Assembly (NCBI GenBank): GCA_009103225.1
Contig: RHPI01002714.1
Coordinates: forward strand, 41,329 to 105,328
Origin: Chlorokybus atmophyticus
Taxonomy: Eukaryota; Plantae; Mesostigma and Chlorokybus algae
DNA length: 64,000 nucleotides
Direction of reading: 5' to 3'
Shown: positions 48,201 through 61,634 of the stretch, piece after piece
Layout of the letters: the number at the start of each line of letters is the position of its first letter
Position numbering within the stretch: position 1 is the stretch's first letter
Notes under the pieces: generated by a model
Told to the model about the DNA's origin: nothing
The model's input: only the letters and a program-made list of their open reading frames with translations
Databases searched by the model: none
Made by a program: the position numbers and the translations under genes

Positions 48201-49968
48201 CTCCATGGGCAATGATGGATGCAGGGCTGGTTGAGCAATTACTCTCATGCGTGAGGGTTCCAAGCACTTTCGGCTCTAAGCTGCAATCTTTCACCAAGCA
48301 TTTAGGTGAGACAACCACCATGGTTCTCAACTGCGTGGAAATCAACTCAGTGTCCTTGCATTGCACATTGTGTCTACTTAACAATCTGATGTAGTGAGCA
48401 CACAGGCTCGATGAAATCGCACGACAAGCACATCTTGTGGACCGTGATTTTCCAGTACGTGCTGCGCTCTGCTCATGACATTGGAGAAGATCAGAAGAAA
48501 ACAATCCTCAAACTCTGCGACATCTATCAGCAGCTGACTGCATTGGAAGTGAAGCAGTCACACCTTGAAGAACTGCAGGTTAGGGCTTTAACTATACCTT
48601 CCATGTGTATGCTTAGCTTCTACAGGTTGCATGACTTGCGGTATTCATCGCAGGTGCTGGTGCATGAGGCACAGTCTAAGGTGGAGCTGCTCTTCCCGCG
48701 GACTTCGCTCACAATGATGCTGCACCTCCTTGGCCATCCACCAGAGCAATGCATGTGGCTTGGTCCGGTGCGCGATCACTGGGAGTGGGCCGACGAACGA
48801 TTTATGCAGTGGGTGAAGCGCATGATTTTTGCCAGGCAGCATGTGGAAGCAAGCATCTGCAAAAGGCAAAGGCAGTCTGGGCCAACTGAAAGTTGCATGC
48901 AACCTTTTTCGTACTCTCGTTCTTTGACTTGTGTTAAATGCAAGTTATGTCTGCAGATACTCCATCCAGCTCATGTTGAACACTTACATGGACACCTTGA
49001 AGAGGCTTTTCGTCGGCATCAGTTTGCGATCGGGCAAGGAGCGAGATGATGATGACTATGTCCTCTGCGGGCGCAGACACCGTGTTGAGTGTGAGAAAGA
49101 TAGCAAGATCAGGCAGGAGCTGGAGTGGTGGTTGGCCGAAAATGACGATGAGTACAGGCAGCTAAAAGAGTAAGTTGCTTTAGCAATCGTTGTTTGGTAC
49201 GCAATGTCCCCTGCATATTATGAGTCCACAATGGGTTGGTAAACAGAGAATTCAGTCGGGCTGTTCAAAAATGGCGGAAGACACGCGAAAAGGCCCAAGC
49301 ACAAGGGAATCTCGTGACCAGTGACATGGAGCACATGACTGAGCTGCATCATTGGCGTGGACCTGATAGGGAGCTTACAAAACACGAGATGGAGCTGTTG
49401 AGTGGTCCCATTTTTCCAAAGTACATCATGAGGTACTACAGAGCGCGCTACAAGGACATTGGCCAGTTCAGAGCGGAGGACACTGAGAAGAAGCTCCGCA
49501 CTATGGACTGCGGAGTGTTTACCGTTGGGCGTGACTCAAATGACCCAACCAAGAAGATCCACTGGTATGGCAGGGTGCAATCTTTTTATGTTGTCGTGGT
49601 AGCCGGTTGGGAGCACCAGCTCCTCAGAGCGAGGTGGTACATGAGCATCCAGGTGCAGCACATGGGAGGCTTTGCAATCCTGAGGAAAGACAAGCCCCGC
49701 TTTGCAGAACAAACCTACCTTGATTGCAACCTAGTAAGTAGGTGTGTTGCAGCAGTTTTTGCGAGTTGATGNTGATGACTGAGTGAGATTGGGTGATACA
49801 TGTCCTTGCTGGCAGGTCAAGGGCCAGTGGTTTGAGGGTATTGACCCGTATGACACCAAAATAACAGTAGCGCTTGTTAAAGACAGACAAAGCCTCATGC
49901 GCCAAGGTGTGCACCGCGACACTCCTGTGAGAGCAGATTTGTTTGTGAGAATCTGGGTGTCCTCATAG
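45297..49968 (+). pseudogene. En/Spm Tnp2-type transposase (Transposase_21, DUF4218-like and DUF4216-like regions), many introns, damaged
   Basis: LPKEN...HAYDAC, RYFDVP, RNVRLAMFING, NLP, GPKQP, GCSKC, RYLPDDHPYR, LPYW, MH..AN, KSHD, HLLGH, LGPV...ERFM, WYGRV...LLRARWY. In-frame TAG at 47531. Confidence 0.85.
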
Positions 49969-50180
49969 TTCCCGGGTCTTGGCATCACATACAACCATCT
50001 TGTGTACATGCACATGACGCAGGGTGACCACAGCGAAACCAACAGCGCTTCGAGCGAGGTGTCATGGACCACACGCCATGACTGGCATTTTGAGTACATG
50101 AGGTACTCTTTGCTATCGTGATGCTGCATATACCTACTGTTGTGTGACTGCAGATCTGGGCACCTGACCTTGATTTGCAG

Positions 50181-50540
50181 GATGAGACCGAGGCTAGAGC
50201 TGGATGCATTGGAGAATCGTGAACACGAAGACTATTGCTTTGTCTGCAAGGATGGCGGTAGCATATTCGGCTGTGATGCAGAAGGCTGCTGGAAGAGCTA
50301 CCACGCACGCTGCGTCACTGTACCACCTGTGGAAGATGACCATTGGGAATGCCCAAGGCACAAGTAAGCTTCAGTATCCAGTGAATGCATGGTGTCTGAA
50401 GTCGACAAGTTCTAAAATGATCACTGGAACGCAGGTGCCATGTGCACAGATGCAATGAACCAGCTCGACAAGTATGCGCGACATGCCCAAACAGCCTCTG
50501 CCAACGTCATGCTGTTGGTAACATCTTTTCGGTCACATGC
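50181..50540 (+). CDS. NSD-type PHD-C5HCH double zinc-finger exons
   Basis: HEDYCFVCKDGGSIFGCDAEGCWKSYHARC...WECPRH|KCHVHRCNEPARQVCATCPNSLCQRH, matching the PHD5-C5HCH pattern of NSD-family proteins. Confidence 0.8.
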
Positions 50541-50777
50541 TCGCAATGCGCTGCGTATGAAGAAGGTGGGGCCCCGGCACAGCTTCCAAAGGATAGCCTC
50601 GCGCGTCGTTCTCTGCCGGGCAGCAGCGGTAGGGTTTCACAACCATCGACTGAAAGCGTGGGTAAAAGCTTTGTTCAAGAGTGCGGGGATGAGGATATGA
50701 GTGGTAAGCAGCAACGTGCTGGCGCTTCTTGGTTTGCGTTGCGGCGTATTGCATAATTCTACCTTTTTACGCTGCAG

Positions 50778-51897
50778 AGCCAGTCCCGATGGAACTTGAT
50801 GATGAGGATGCCAACGGGGAACGTCGCCAGCACCCAAGTCAGGGAACCACGACGGCTGCAGCAGTTGTGGACCTCGTGGACAGCGATGATGACAGCATGG
50901 TGCTGGACGGGTCGGGTGCTGAAGTTGAGGCGTCAACACTTGTGCCCCTGTTCATTTACCCTAGTGCAAATGCACGTGATGCGGTGCCACTGTTTGAAGC
51001 GGACAGAAAGTTGCTGGACGGCAGACAGGAGCTCAACGACACCGTGCTCCACTTCTTTTGCAGGTATGAGCCTTGCGTTGTTGGTGTTGTGCAGCTGTGT
51101 CATGTATGTGTCACGCACGCGCAGATATAAGGAAGAAGAGGTCGTGGGCAGAGCTGACGGCATTCACGTGAGGCTGTTCAACCCGCACTTCTACACCGAG
51201 ATTGTGCACTGCCATGAACAACATAACTGGCACAGTGGCAATCACAGGATAGATAGGTACGAGAACGATCCGTTTTCCAAGAACTTGCTGGCAGCAATTG
51301 TCAACCCACACAGCCGGTGAGAGTGAAGCCAAGTTCTCGCACTGCAGTGCTGCTGTACTTGCTCGCATGGACTCACTTTGAAGTCTGCATGCCACAGGAC
51401 TCACTGGAGTCTGCTGCTGGTGTGCAATCCTGGAGGGGAACTTGGAAGCAACACGCCCCCCTTGATCGTCCATCTCGACTCCCTTGGTCTACATCGCAAC
51501 GTCGACGGATCAATGCGCGCTTATCTAAACTATATGTGGGGCAGGAAGCATGGAAGTGAGTCGCAACAGCGCTTCTCTCCCGCAAACGTCCCGCTACTTG
51601 ATCCACAGGTAGGACATATTGTTTTGGCCTGGTGATGAGGTCACGCCCTCTCCTGGCAGAATCCCTATGTAGATGCACATACGTTTGGTTCGCCCGCATT
51701 GACATAGCGTGTTCGTGCAGGTCCCTCAGCAGAGGGATGGAGTTGCGTGCGGGCTGTTTGTCATGGTTTACCTTGACAAGTTGATAGATGGGATACAAGC
51801 TGGTCCAATCGAGCAAAACGCCCCGATATTTCAGCAGGTACAGCTCATGCATTGGAATGTCTCCATATGGCAGCTGCCTAAGTGCAAAGCCGTGTAG
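50778..51897 (+). CDS. ULP1/SENP (peptidase C48) SUMO-protease exons, spliced in frame to the PHD-C5HCH exons
   Basis: ELNDTVLHFF, FNPHFY, THWSLLLVCNPG (His), HLDSL (Asp), VPQQRDGVACGLFV (Cys). Introns at 50704-50777, 51064-51124 and 51609-51720 are GT-AG and phase-compatible. Confidence 0.85.
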
Positions 51898-52658
51898 GTT
51901 GACATGTGTTGAGCAACCAGATGGTGTGGGTGTGTGCAACGCAGATGCAAAAGGATTGGTTTCGTCCAAAAGAGGCAGACAGCTTAAGGAGACGACTGCG
52001 AACACTCATGGACAGCATGCCAGCACAGCAAACGTCACGGCGGATGTGAAGTAGCAGGCGGTTGGTACATAGCTAAATTGTAGTAAAAAGCATAGGTTCA
52101 TTGGCCAGCTGTGTAATAGTAGCCCAAGCTAACTTTGTGCTTAATAGAATTTAGAATGCAAGCCATTAGCATGCTTGCCTTTTCAATGGCACTTGGGACT
52201 TGGTGTAATTTCACAGCGGCAGTTTTGCCAAGTGGTGTTGAACATTCAATGGCACTTGGGACTTGGTGTTTTTCATGCTATATGTTCCCTGAATATGACG
52301 GTGACTATGCAATGGTATTTAGAACTCGGGGTTTTCGCGGCAAGCCGTAGCCAGCACTACACACGCTGGGTGATTATTCTGCTGTGTGGGCACTGACAAT
52401 TCATTGTACCATATCGTTCATCAAGTACAACTTGACTGACCTTGAATATGCACGAAATACTCAGTTTGAAATTCAAAGTGTACGGGTTGAAACGAGGTTC
52501 AGTGGTATGTACGTTGAATATGAATGCGTCTTGCGGGTGAAGAACGCTGTTCCTTTTGGCAGGGATGGGACAGAAAGTACAATAACCATTGGATATTCAC
52601 GGACAAAAGGCGTGAAACGGATCAAGTCATTAATATTCAGACGAAATGGCGTGAATAA

Positions 52659-52690
52659 TCAGGACTCGGGGGTTCCCAAAATTACCGGTG
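52659..52690 (-). repeat. Right TIR of the En/Spm element
   Basis: Reverse complement is CACCGGTAATTTTGGGAACCCCCGAGTCCTGA. Confidence 0.85.
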
Positions 52691-53475
52691 AAATACCCAC
52701 TGACATCAGCAGGCTCAGATCATTCTTCGGGCTTGTAAACTACTATCGTCGGTTTGTGAAAGACTTTAGCAAGTTGAACAAACCTTCAAATAACCCGTTG
52801 AAGGAAAAAACCCATAGGCAATGATGTAAAAATTGCCAGCAAGCATTGAGCTGATTAAGGAGAAACTCGGCGATGCACCAGGACTGAGAACATCTGACTA
52901 CAACTAGCAGTTCATCCTCCATATAACTTGGAGCAAGTTGGGCATCGGTGCTGTGGTATGCCAAAAAAATAAATGACGGAGCAGAATATGTGGTTGCATT
53001 TGCTAGCGAAAGCAACAACAAAGCTAAAGGCAAATACAGCTCCTATAAAGGGGAATGTTTGGTAGCAGCATGGGCATTTGTACCTTTTAGGCCTCTCGCC
53101 TTCGGAAGGCGTTTCAAGCTGTTAACTGACCATCAACCTTTCGAGTAGTTGCTTACCAACAGCCACCTAATCGAAAAGCATGCTCGCTGAGCATTAATCC
53201 TACAAGAGTATACTTCATCATATAGCACCCGGCAGGGTCGGCCAACATGGACACAAACAGATTGACCAAAATCCTGTTCCTGACATCAAAGATGAGAGTG
53301 AGGCTCGGCATGATTACGAGCCAGATACCCGTGTTGCTGCAAATAGTGCAGCACTACTCGTCGTTGCGGGGTGTGCAATGATTGAGTACGAGCAAGTGGT
53401 GGACACCCCCACGAACAGTGAGGAGACAATCCGCTGTGCAGTTGAGGCTGAGGGGGTCACCCCCGTTGAGGACGA
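52691..53475 (+). pseudogene. Gypsy RT/RNase H remnant, copy B (continues at 56061-56316)
   Basis: PTDISRLRSFFGLVNYYRRFVKDFSKL and LLTDHQP. Confidence 0.85.
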
Positions 53476-56060
53476 TGTTGGAATGGACGATGACAAGCAC
53501 ACACATGCACAAGAGCACGCCACAACACCAACGTCAGGAGACCATACAAGACCATCTATTGCCATCATGTCCACGGGTTTTACACCCGCTAGCTATACAT
53601 GCTTCTACTCCAAAACTACAGCATCTAGCACACAACCATAACTTGCGTTCGCATTTGCTCCACGTAGCTAGCTTCAAGAGCTTTCCAACAAGCTGCAGCA
53701 CACGCCAAATAGTCAAGTAACCACCGAGATACAATTATTGTACTACAGCGCCTGAAAGTCTCCAGACTCTGGACTCGCTGACGCGCCTGGACCTTTCGAC
53801 TTGAGTCGCTGGAACCGTCTAGCGCCTATTCCTATGCAAAAGGCAAGCTGACCGATTGACCTAGATGTAGGAATATCCTCAACACTCCCACGCGGGCATC
53901 TTAGCCTTCACACCTTCGCCTTTGTAGCTCATGTGCCGCTAGCTCTCGTACTAGCCTTGCTCCTCTTCTTGTTTGCAATTGCCAAGAAGCCTTTCACCTT
54001 CCCTTCTTGCTCCACCTCTTCCACCATGCTTCCCAGAAGCGCTGAGAATCGGTTCGCCTTGAGGTATTTATCCTCCACATCACCTTGAGCCTCCCGGTAG
54101 ACCTTCAACCCCTCGCTCTTTTGCTGCACATGCTCGCTGCCGCCCTGCGCCTGCTGCACCTCTCTTTCTGAGATAGCAACTCCAACCCTAGTAATAGCTC
54201 TTGGCTCTCTTCCTTAGCCACCTTACTTTCCACCACTTGCTTGGAGCTCCTTGGAGCTCCTAAGGGCTCTGAGCTCGTCCGCTTCACAACAATCTTCAGT
54301 GCCTCCTTATTGCCTTGACCTTGTGGTGTCTTGAATGCTCCCTTCTTAACTACCTTTATCGCTGCAACATCCTTGTGCGTCTTGTCCTCCTCAACGTAGT
54401 AGAGTCCGGGCTTGTTAATGCCTACTACATGTGTAACGCCCCCAAGTACTATCCTAGCCTTGTCCGCATCGATCACAACTCTAGCACCAACCCTCGTGGC
54501 TACACGTACTGAGAACAAACTAGCAGATGCGCCTGGCACATACAGTACATGTCCAAGCACAACCTTCTTAACTACACCACCAACCTTGCACCTGAGGTTG
54601 GCATCTCCCTTTGCAACAGCGTCCACCATCTTCTTGTTCCCAAAGTCCACCGTGACTGGCTTGGACAAACGAGTGAGGTTGATGAGCTTGCTCCTATCGC
54701 TTGTGAGATGCTTGCTTGCTCCCGTATTCAGCACCCACCCAGGATACTTCGCTCCTTCATCAGATGCATGAAAAGCACATACCCGCTCCGCACCACCAGC
54801 CGTCATTCTCTTCCACTTGGGACACTTGCTCACATGATTACGCTCCGCGCAATGCCAACACTCCTCGTTGCTGCCTCGAGCGCTCTTCTTCTCATGTGCA
54901 TGCCTCGATGAAGTCTCGAATGCCACACCACCGGGTTGAGCTCCGTTCTCTACTTCATCCTCTTTCCTCAAGCGTTGCTCCTCTTGAAGAAGCCGTGGTG
55001 TCACCCCATCAAACGTCAAGAACTCCGCTGACGATTCCAAAATTGTGACAACAATCTTATACTCTTTGAACAAACCTGAGAGCACAGCCCAAACAAACTC
55101 CACCTCTTTAAGCTCATGGCCAACACAAGCAAATCTCTCCACAACGCGCGCGCCATGAACTTGACAATGGCCTTTCCGCTCTCATTGCGTAACGAGTTGA
55201 GCTCCTGTCTCAGCTGCAGTCACCTCGCCACGTTACGCGTCTTGGAGTGGTTCTCAAGCTTCTTCAGAAGCTCCCTTGCATCCTTGCACTCCCTCACTAG
55301 CACCAAGTGATGATTCGCCATGTGCAAGCCAATGAGCGCCAAAGCCTTCCTCCCTTGACGCCCAAACACTCGCCTCACCAACGGGAGCATTCTTCTTCGG
55401 GTCTATATACTTCCACAACTCTTTGTGGGCTAGTAGCAGCTCCATCTTCACGCTCCAGGTACTGTAGTTGTCAATGTCTAGTGAGTCGATCGCAAACTTG
55501 ATGCCGTCCATGCTTGTGACCTTCGTTGCCCCTCTGCTACTCGCAGACCTTGCAACCTACTACTCTCACAGCATCCACACCTACTCACACAATTCAACTC
55601 AGTACAACCTACACAAGCATGTGTGGGCCCATAACCTGTTGAGATGGATGATGACAAGCATACACATGCACAAGTGCACGCCACAACACCATCATTGGGA
55701 AACTATACAAGACCATCTATTGCCATCATGTCAACGGGTTTTATAACCGCCAGCTACACATGCTTCTACTCTAAAAGCTACTGCATCTAGCACACTCAGC
55801 TATAACCTGCGCTCTAATTTGCTCTACGTAGCTAGCTTCATGAGCTTTTCAACAAGCTATGGCACGCCAAATAGTCACGTAACCACCGAGATACAAGCAT
55901 TCCACTACAGCGCCTGGAAGTCTCTCTCCGGACTCGCCAATGTGCCGCTTAAACCTTCTCGCGCCTGGACCTCTCGACCGAGTCGCCTGGAACCTTTTAG
56001 CGGCTATTCCTATGCAGAGGGCAAGCTGACCGGCTGACCTAGATGTAGGAATCCCCAACA
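53476..56060 (-). mobile_element. Non-autonomous gag-protease copia, copy B
   Basis: LTRs at 53476-53884 and 55637-56060, PBS at 55623-55636, perfect 5-bp TSD GACGA. Confidence 0.9.
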
Positions 56061-58189
56061 GACGATACCATCAAGGGCGATATCTGACTGGATCCGGAAG
56101 CCCTGATGTATCTGAGGACCGGAATTTACCCACCAGCTGCAAGTTCGCTAACAAAAGACCGCGTTTGACGCCGGTCTCAGTGCTACGGTTGGAATCAAGA
56201 CAAGGTACAAGATAATACAAGACGGCACCATAAAAATGGTGCCACCACTATTAGACAGAGAGGCGGTTGTGCGCAAGCTGTACTATTGGGACATTTTGGG
56301 GTGAAGCGCACACTGGCACTACGTCGCAAATTTTACACGGTGACTGACTAAGGACTGAGGGACTGACTGGTGCCTGAGCCTGCCTGAGCCTGCCTGTCGC
56401 TGCTTGAAATATTACTTTTGGACTGATGAGTTTGCCGTTGGCTTAGATGGACTGACGCAGACGGCCGCGGGCCGAAAGTGGTTGTCAGTGGCACTAACCG
56501 GCCGAGCGTTGTCAACCAGTTACCCTTTGGTCGATATGCACAGACGGCCGTTAGCCGGTAGTTACGGACAGCTGACAGCAATAGCCGGCACTTTCTTTGC
56601 CGTTACACTGCTGTTAGTATGTGACCCTTGCCGCTTGACAAAAGTTGGCAATTCTTGCCGTAAGCCAACACTAACATGCCATGCAGCTTGTACAAACCTT
56701 GGACTGATTGTTTGGTCTTGCACCTAAAAGCCCACAATATATACAATGTATGGGCAGTGGTGAGAGTATGTCCACTTACAACTGAGCAGCCGACTTGCGC
56801 ATGAAACTGCTCTATAACATTGAGTCTAGCTGTCGGACTCATGCGCAGCTTGTCAACCCGTGGTGCCTGCCTCAGAACTCCTCCTCAAACCCCCTCCTCC
56901 TGTTCCTCCTCCGACGAGTCTTCTGCTTCAACGCCGGAGTCATCTTCATCCGCTGCCTCGATCGCTGACAGTACAGCGGCTACTTCGTCCTTCAGCTTGA
57001 ATGTCAGCGCCTCGCCGTGCACGCGCATGCGCTTGATGGTCGCTTTGAGAGTGACCACCTGCATTTGGTAATGCTGTAAGAGTGGCGTGCTGCCAGAGGA
57101 GCTAGCCCATCAGCATACACACGCTTACCTCGTCTTCCGCTTTGTTGCACTCAGCCAGGCAGACAGTCAGCCTGCCGCGCTGCTCTTGGTTCACTCTAAC
57201 CAACATGGCAATCTGCAAGCATACTGCTTACTTACCGCTGGAAACATTAAACGAGGTCATGGATTACCCGTTCGTGGTACTCCACAGCTTCTCTTTTGCG
57301 ACTTGTGAGCTCCCGCAAGTAGAAATAGGCTGTGCATTTGCGAGATTGGTCATGCTGTTCATGTGCATGACACTGGAGGTTGTGCATGAGGGTGTGCATG
57401 TCGTATTGACAATGTATGTCAAGTGCAAGATACTTGAGGCTGTGCATGTGCAAGATAAAAGAACCCTAGCATGTGGCAGTGACAGTGCATCGTAACCCAC
57501 CTTGGTTATGCCAGTCTTGTTTGGTCCCTTCAATCATGTCGCCGTGGTCGCAACTGCTGGTGGGTCGGATTTTCTTACAGGCAGTATTGTGGTGTGCCTT
57601 TGCCCACTCGAAGGGGGAGCCCTGTAAGATATCGCCCGAGTCACTGTTGGTATTGGATGTGCCCTTGGTAGTCTTGGTGGGGTTTGACACCGAGGACACC
57701 CCTCCGGCACCCTGCCCGCCCTGTGCGAACATGGAATTCATCCCGGACCTCGACCACAATGCCCACTACGCCCCTGGCAGCGCCGCCAACGATCCTCCAA
57801 ATGCCACATACCCTCGGCATCACGCCCCTGTAAGGGCATAGCTTGGTGGAGCTATCAATGGTGTTTTCATGCGCAGGGGGACTGACATTGCCAGAGTTGT
57901 CAATGGTACGAATTGCCATTGCCATTGTACAAAGGTACCATTTCAATGGTACCTTTCAATGGTACCTTTCAATGGTACCTTTGTACAATGCCTATACCTT
58001 GGGGCAAAGGCATCTTCGTACCATTGAAACGGTTCAATCAGAATATATATGTATATATATATATATCCAGACTCACCCTGGACGTTCAATGGCTCGATCG
58101 TACCATTATAATGGTACGACGGAGCCAGTGACTGGCGGCCAAGTTTCCCGCCTCTGGCATGCAGCGGTAGCGGTAGCGGTGGCGGTGGC

Positions 58190-58221
<32 letters not shown>

Positions 58222-58288
58222 GTGTGCGTGTTGCTGGATATGATGCAGGTTACATTGGCGACACCTGTGTCGACGTTAGTAGTGAGAT

Positions 58289-61200
58289 ATGGGAGTCCTT
58301 TGTCCGTATTGCCACATGCGCTTCGCCACACGCAGCTCGGTCTACATGCACATTATTAGCAGCAGGGTGTGCAAGCAGATCAAGCTGTATGTCGGCCAGC
58401 GTCCATTACAGTACGATGCGGGTCATGTTGAACCGGGGAGTTCGATCCAGGATGCTCACATGCTTGATGCTGAAGGATTCCTCCAGGAGACACACGCACA
58501 GCAGCAACAGGAGGAGGAGGAAGTGAACGAGGGCTTTCGATGTGTGCGTGTGCCTGAGAAACCTGTGGCACGCCAACATGGAAGTGGAGGCGTCCCTTCG
58601 CACGCGTCGGAATCCAGGTGGTATGGCTCGGAGCATGCTCTTGCAGTGGCATTCGTGCAGTGCAACAACGGCCAAGGCCTGTCGGCCTCCGACATGGGGC
58701 GGATCATCAAGTGCATCCGAAATGCACACTTCCTGACGGAAGAGCTCCAGTGGGAGACCGGTGTGCATGTGGCCAGCTACCTCCGGACCACGATTGCTTT
58801 CTCTCAGTCTGAGGTGTGTTCACGGTGTGCGGTGCATGTACTTCAACCATCAGAGCCATGTCACATATGCACATGCGAGTGTGCTGCCGTATTAGAACTA
58901 CATGACGGCTGACCTGCGCAAGCCTGGAGACCCTGAGGATCAGGACATCTGCGTCACGTATATGCCGGCCAAGGTCTGTGAAATGCAGTACTTAATGCAG
59001 TATCAATGCGGTATCTATTCTGAGGCCAGCATAGTAAGTAATGCTCTTGGTCGGAGCAGGTATGGCTCGCGCGGTTGTATGGCAATCCACATGCCGCCAA
59101 TGGCTTCAATCTCAAGTACACTGATGACGAGCACAGCTTTGGCCATCCTTCCACGGGCGATTGGTGGAAGGATGTGGAGGTGGATTTGAGGAGAGAGGTG
59201 GGGGAAGCGTCCTACTTGGCGCCTGCCATTCTGTACAGTGACAAGACCACGCTGGACAGCGCGGGCAAGCGCTCTGGATACCCTCTAATGGCATCGCTTG
59301 CCAACTACAGTTGGGACATGTATGCTAGCAACATGGGGGTTGTTATGATAGCGCTTCTGCCGGTGGTTCACGCAGTGGCCGGGCATCCCACCTGGGCGCA
59401 GGGCAAGGAGTCGTTCTCCATTCGAAAACGTGAGATTTTTCATGACGCTTTGAATGTAGTGTTAGGGGATGTGAAGCGGGCGAGTTGGGAAGGTCTGCAG
59501 CTCATCGACCCGAATGGCATCGAGCGTCGTGTGTTTCCCGCGCTTGCCAACTACATCAGCGATTTGCAGGTAGTGGGCATGAATGGTTGTAACCGGATGC
59601 AGCCTGCCAGCAAACAGTGCATGGAGGATGTTGTCAGTAGAACATCTGAGTTTGTCGTGTTGTAGGAGACTGCCACACTCGCACGCACTGTGTCGGGCAA
59701 CCAAACACGACATCCTTGCGATGTTTGTCTCGTCACCAAATCAGATCTGTTGGAGATGGATGAGGACCGGGAATTGAGAACCGAGGCCTTCTACACACCA
59801 GCAATACGTCAGCTGCGGGCGGACCTGCATAGCGGTGTTAGGAATGCACGCCAGACAGCCAAGGCTTTCAAAGAGCAGCACTCCATGCATGTCGAGGAGG
59901 TAATGGTCAAATTACCGGCATTCGTGAGGATGAATGGCTTTCCGTGAAACCAGGCAATGTGGTTTGGCAACAGAATGCACTGTGGGGTTGGCGACAGTCG
60001 CGGGTGCCGGGAGCTGACTGCTACTCTCGTCTTGCCCCTGACGCAATGCATGTGCTGGGAGGCATCATTGACCACCTGCTTGCTGCTGTGTACGACGCCG
60101 CGAAGGAACGAATGCGTCCATCCACGAGACAGATTCTGCAGGCCAGGCACATCTTTGGTGTTGCTTTTGTGTTGAACACAAAAGCCAACAACACGTGCTC
60201 ACGAGCAGATGTGCACAGGCTGAATGCATGCAAGGCGACTCTGCGGGTTTCGCACTTCAAGGCACCCACAAGCACAGTAGATTTCTTCCTGTCCGACCAC
60301 TCCTTTCAGGTGGTGGAGAAAGTGGCGGTGCTGCAGCTGCTGCCGGTCCTCGCAGACGGTTTGCTGCTCGACAGTGAGGGCAACGATTTCTTCACCATTG
60401 CTGCCGCATCGCTTGCCCAGTGGAACAAGAAGTTGCTGAAGGCGCATGAACACACAAGAGAGACCCTGACCACAGCCGACAACGAGCTGGCTGCCTTCAA
60501 AGCTGCAGTGTTGCATCCGCTACTGTCGTCATATTCTGCACAGAAGTCAGGTTGGAAGATCGAGAAGATGCATCAGCTCACTCATTTTGGGCCGGCAATT
60601 GTCAGCAGTGGACACCCAGATTGGTTCAGCGCCAACCGCATGGAGCAGACGCACGCCCAAAATATCAAACGGTGGGCGCGTGGTGGCAACAACCGGGACT
60701 ACCAGGCACGTATCCTGAAGGCATGGAGCTGTGCGGAATATGTGAGAGAGGATGGCATGGTCGTGGATCCCGAGATGCGCTCGGTCATGGCGCAGGCGCG
60801 GCAGCAGTGCTGTAATGTCATGGAGAAGACGGACAAGTTGCTACGGATGGATGTGCTGACAAGGAGGGAGTCCAGCCCGTACTGGAGCGGATCTGCGCGT
60901 AGCCGCCAAGTCGCCTTGAAGACTCCATTTGCCGACAAGCTGCCTGCCACCCTGGACAGCTGGTTGAGGAGGGAACAACTGGAGTTGGCCGACGGGTGGC
61001 GTGCTGTTCGCGTGGTGAACGGAGGCGCAGCGGTGTACATGACATCAGGAGTCAGCATGGCGCGCGCAACTGGGATGTTCCATGGGCGGCCTTGGTTCTC
61101 TACACTTGAGTTGGAAGGTGATGAGGACGGTGTGAACGTGACGTGGTGGGCTCAGGCACTCCTTTTTCTGCGCGTGGTGGTGTGGGGTGGTAGCGGCGAG

Positions 61201-61431
61201 CGCGTGTGGAAGGAGGTCGTGTTTGTCCGCTGGTACACGAAGCTGGATGTGACGAGCGACACAAAGTGCATCGCTCTGGAATGGGAAAAGCGTCGAGGCG
61301 GTCCACATCTCGATGTCGTGACTCTGGAGCAAGTAAAAGGCATTGTCCAGCTGCTCCCCATGTTTGACAAGGACAGCGCCCGTGTACAAGAGGGCAAGTA
61401 TTGGGTGAACGTTCACTGCACTTCCACGTGA
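58289..61431 (+). CDS. Plavaka-family transposase, copy B (no frameshift seen)
   Basis: Same motifs as copy A, but the 13 bp missing in A are present, keeping the Zn-finger exon in frame. Confidence 0.75.
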
Positions 61432-61634
61432 CACATGTACTTGTCTCACTACTCTGAGTTTGGAGCATATCAGTCAGTTAGGCATTGCTAATCGTATGCT
61501 AAGACTTTTGCATGTGGACGTGTACAATACCGGGCAGCTGTCACTGCACAACTGTCACCACAATCGAATGATCCATGCAACATTCAACAATCAGTCCGCC
61601 GTGTGGCATTAAGCATCAATACAGTGCACCACAC

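Larger units (their letters stand above)
31015..52690. mobile_element. 21.7-kb En/Spm (CACTA/CMC) DNA transposon with cargo genes
   Basis: 32-bp TIRs starting CACCGGTAATT (31015-31046 vs 52659-52690, 27/32 match), TGAATAT(T/G)CA subterminal repeats at both ends, and a Tnp2-type transposase inside. Confidence 0.85.
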
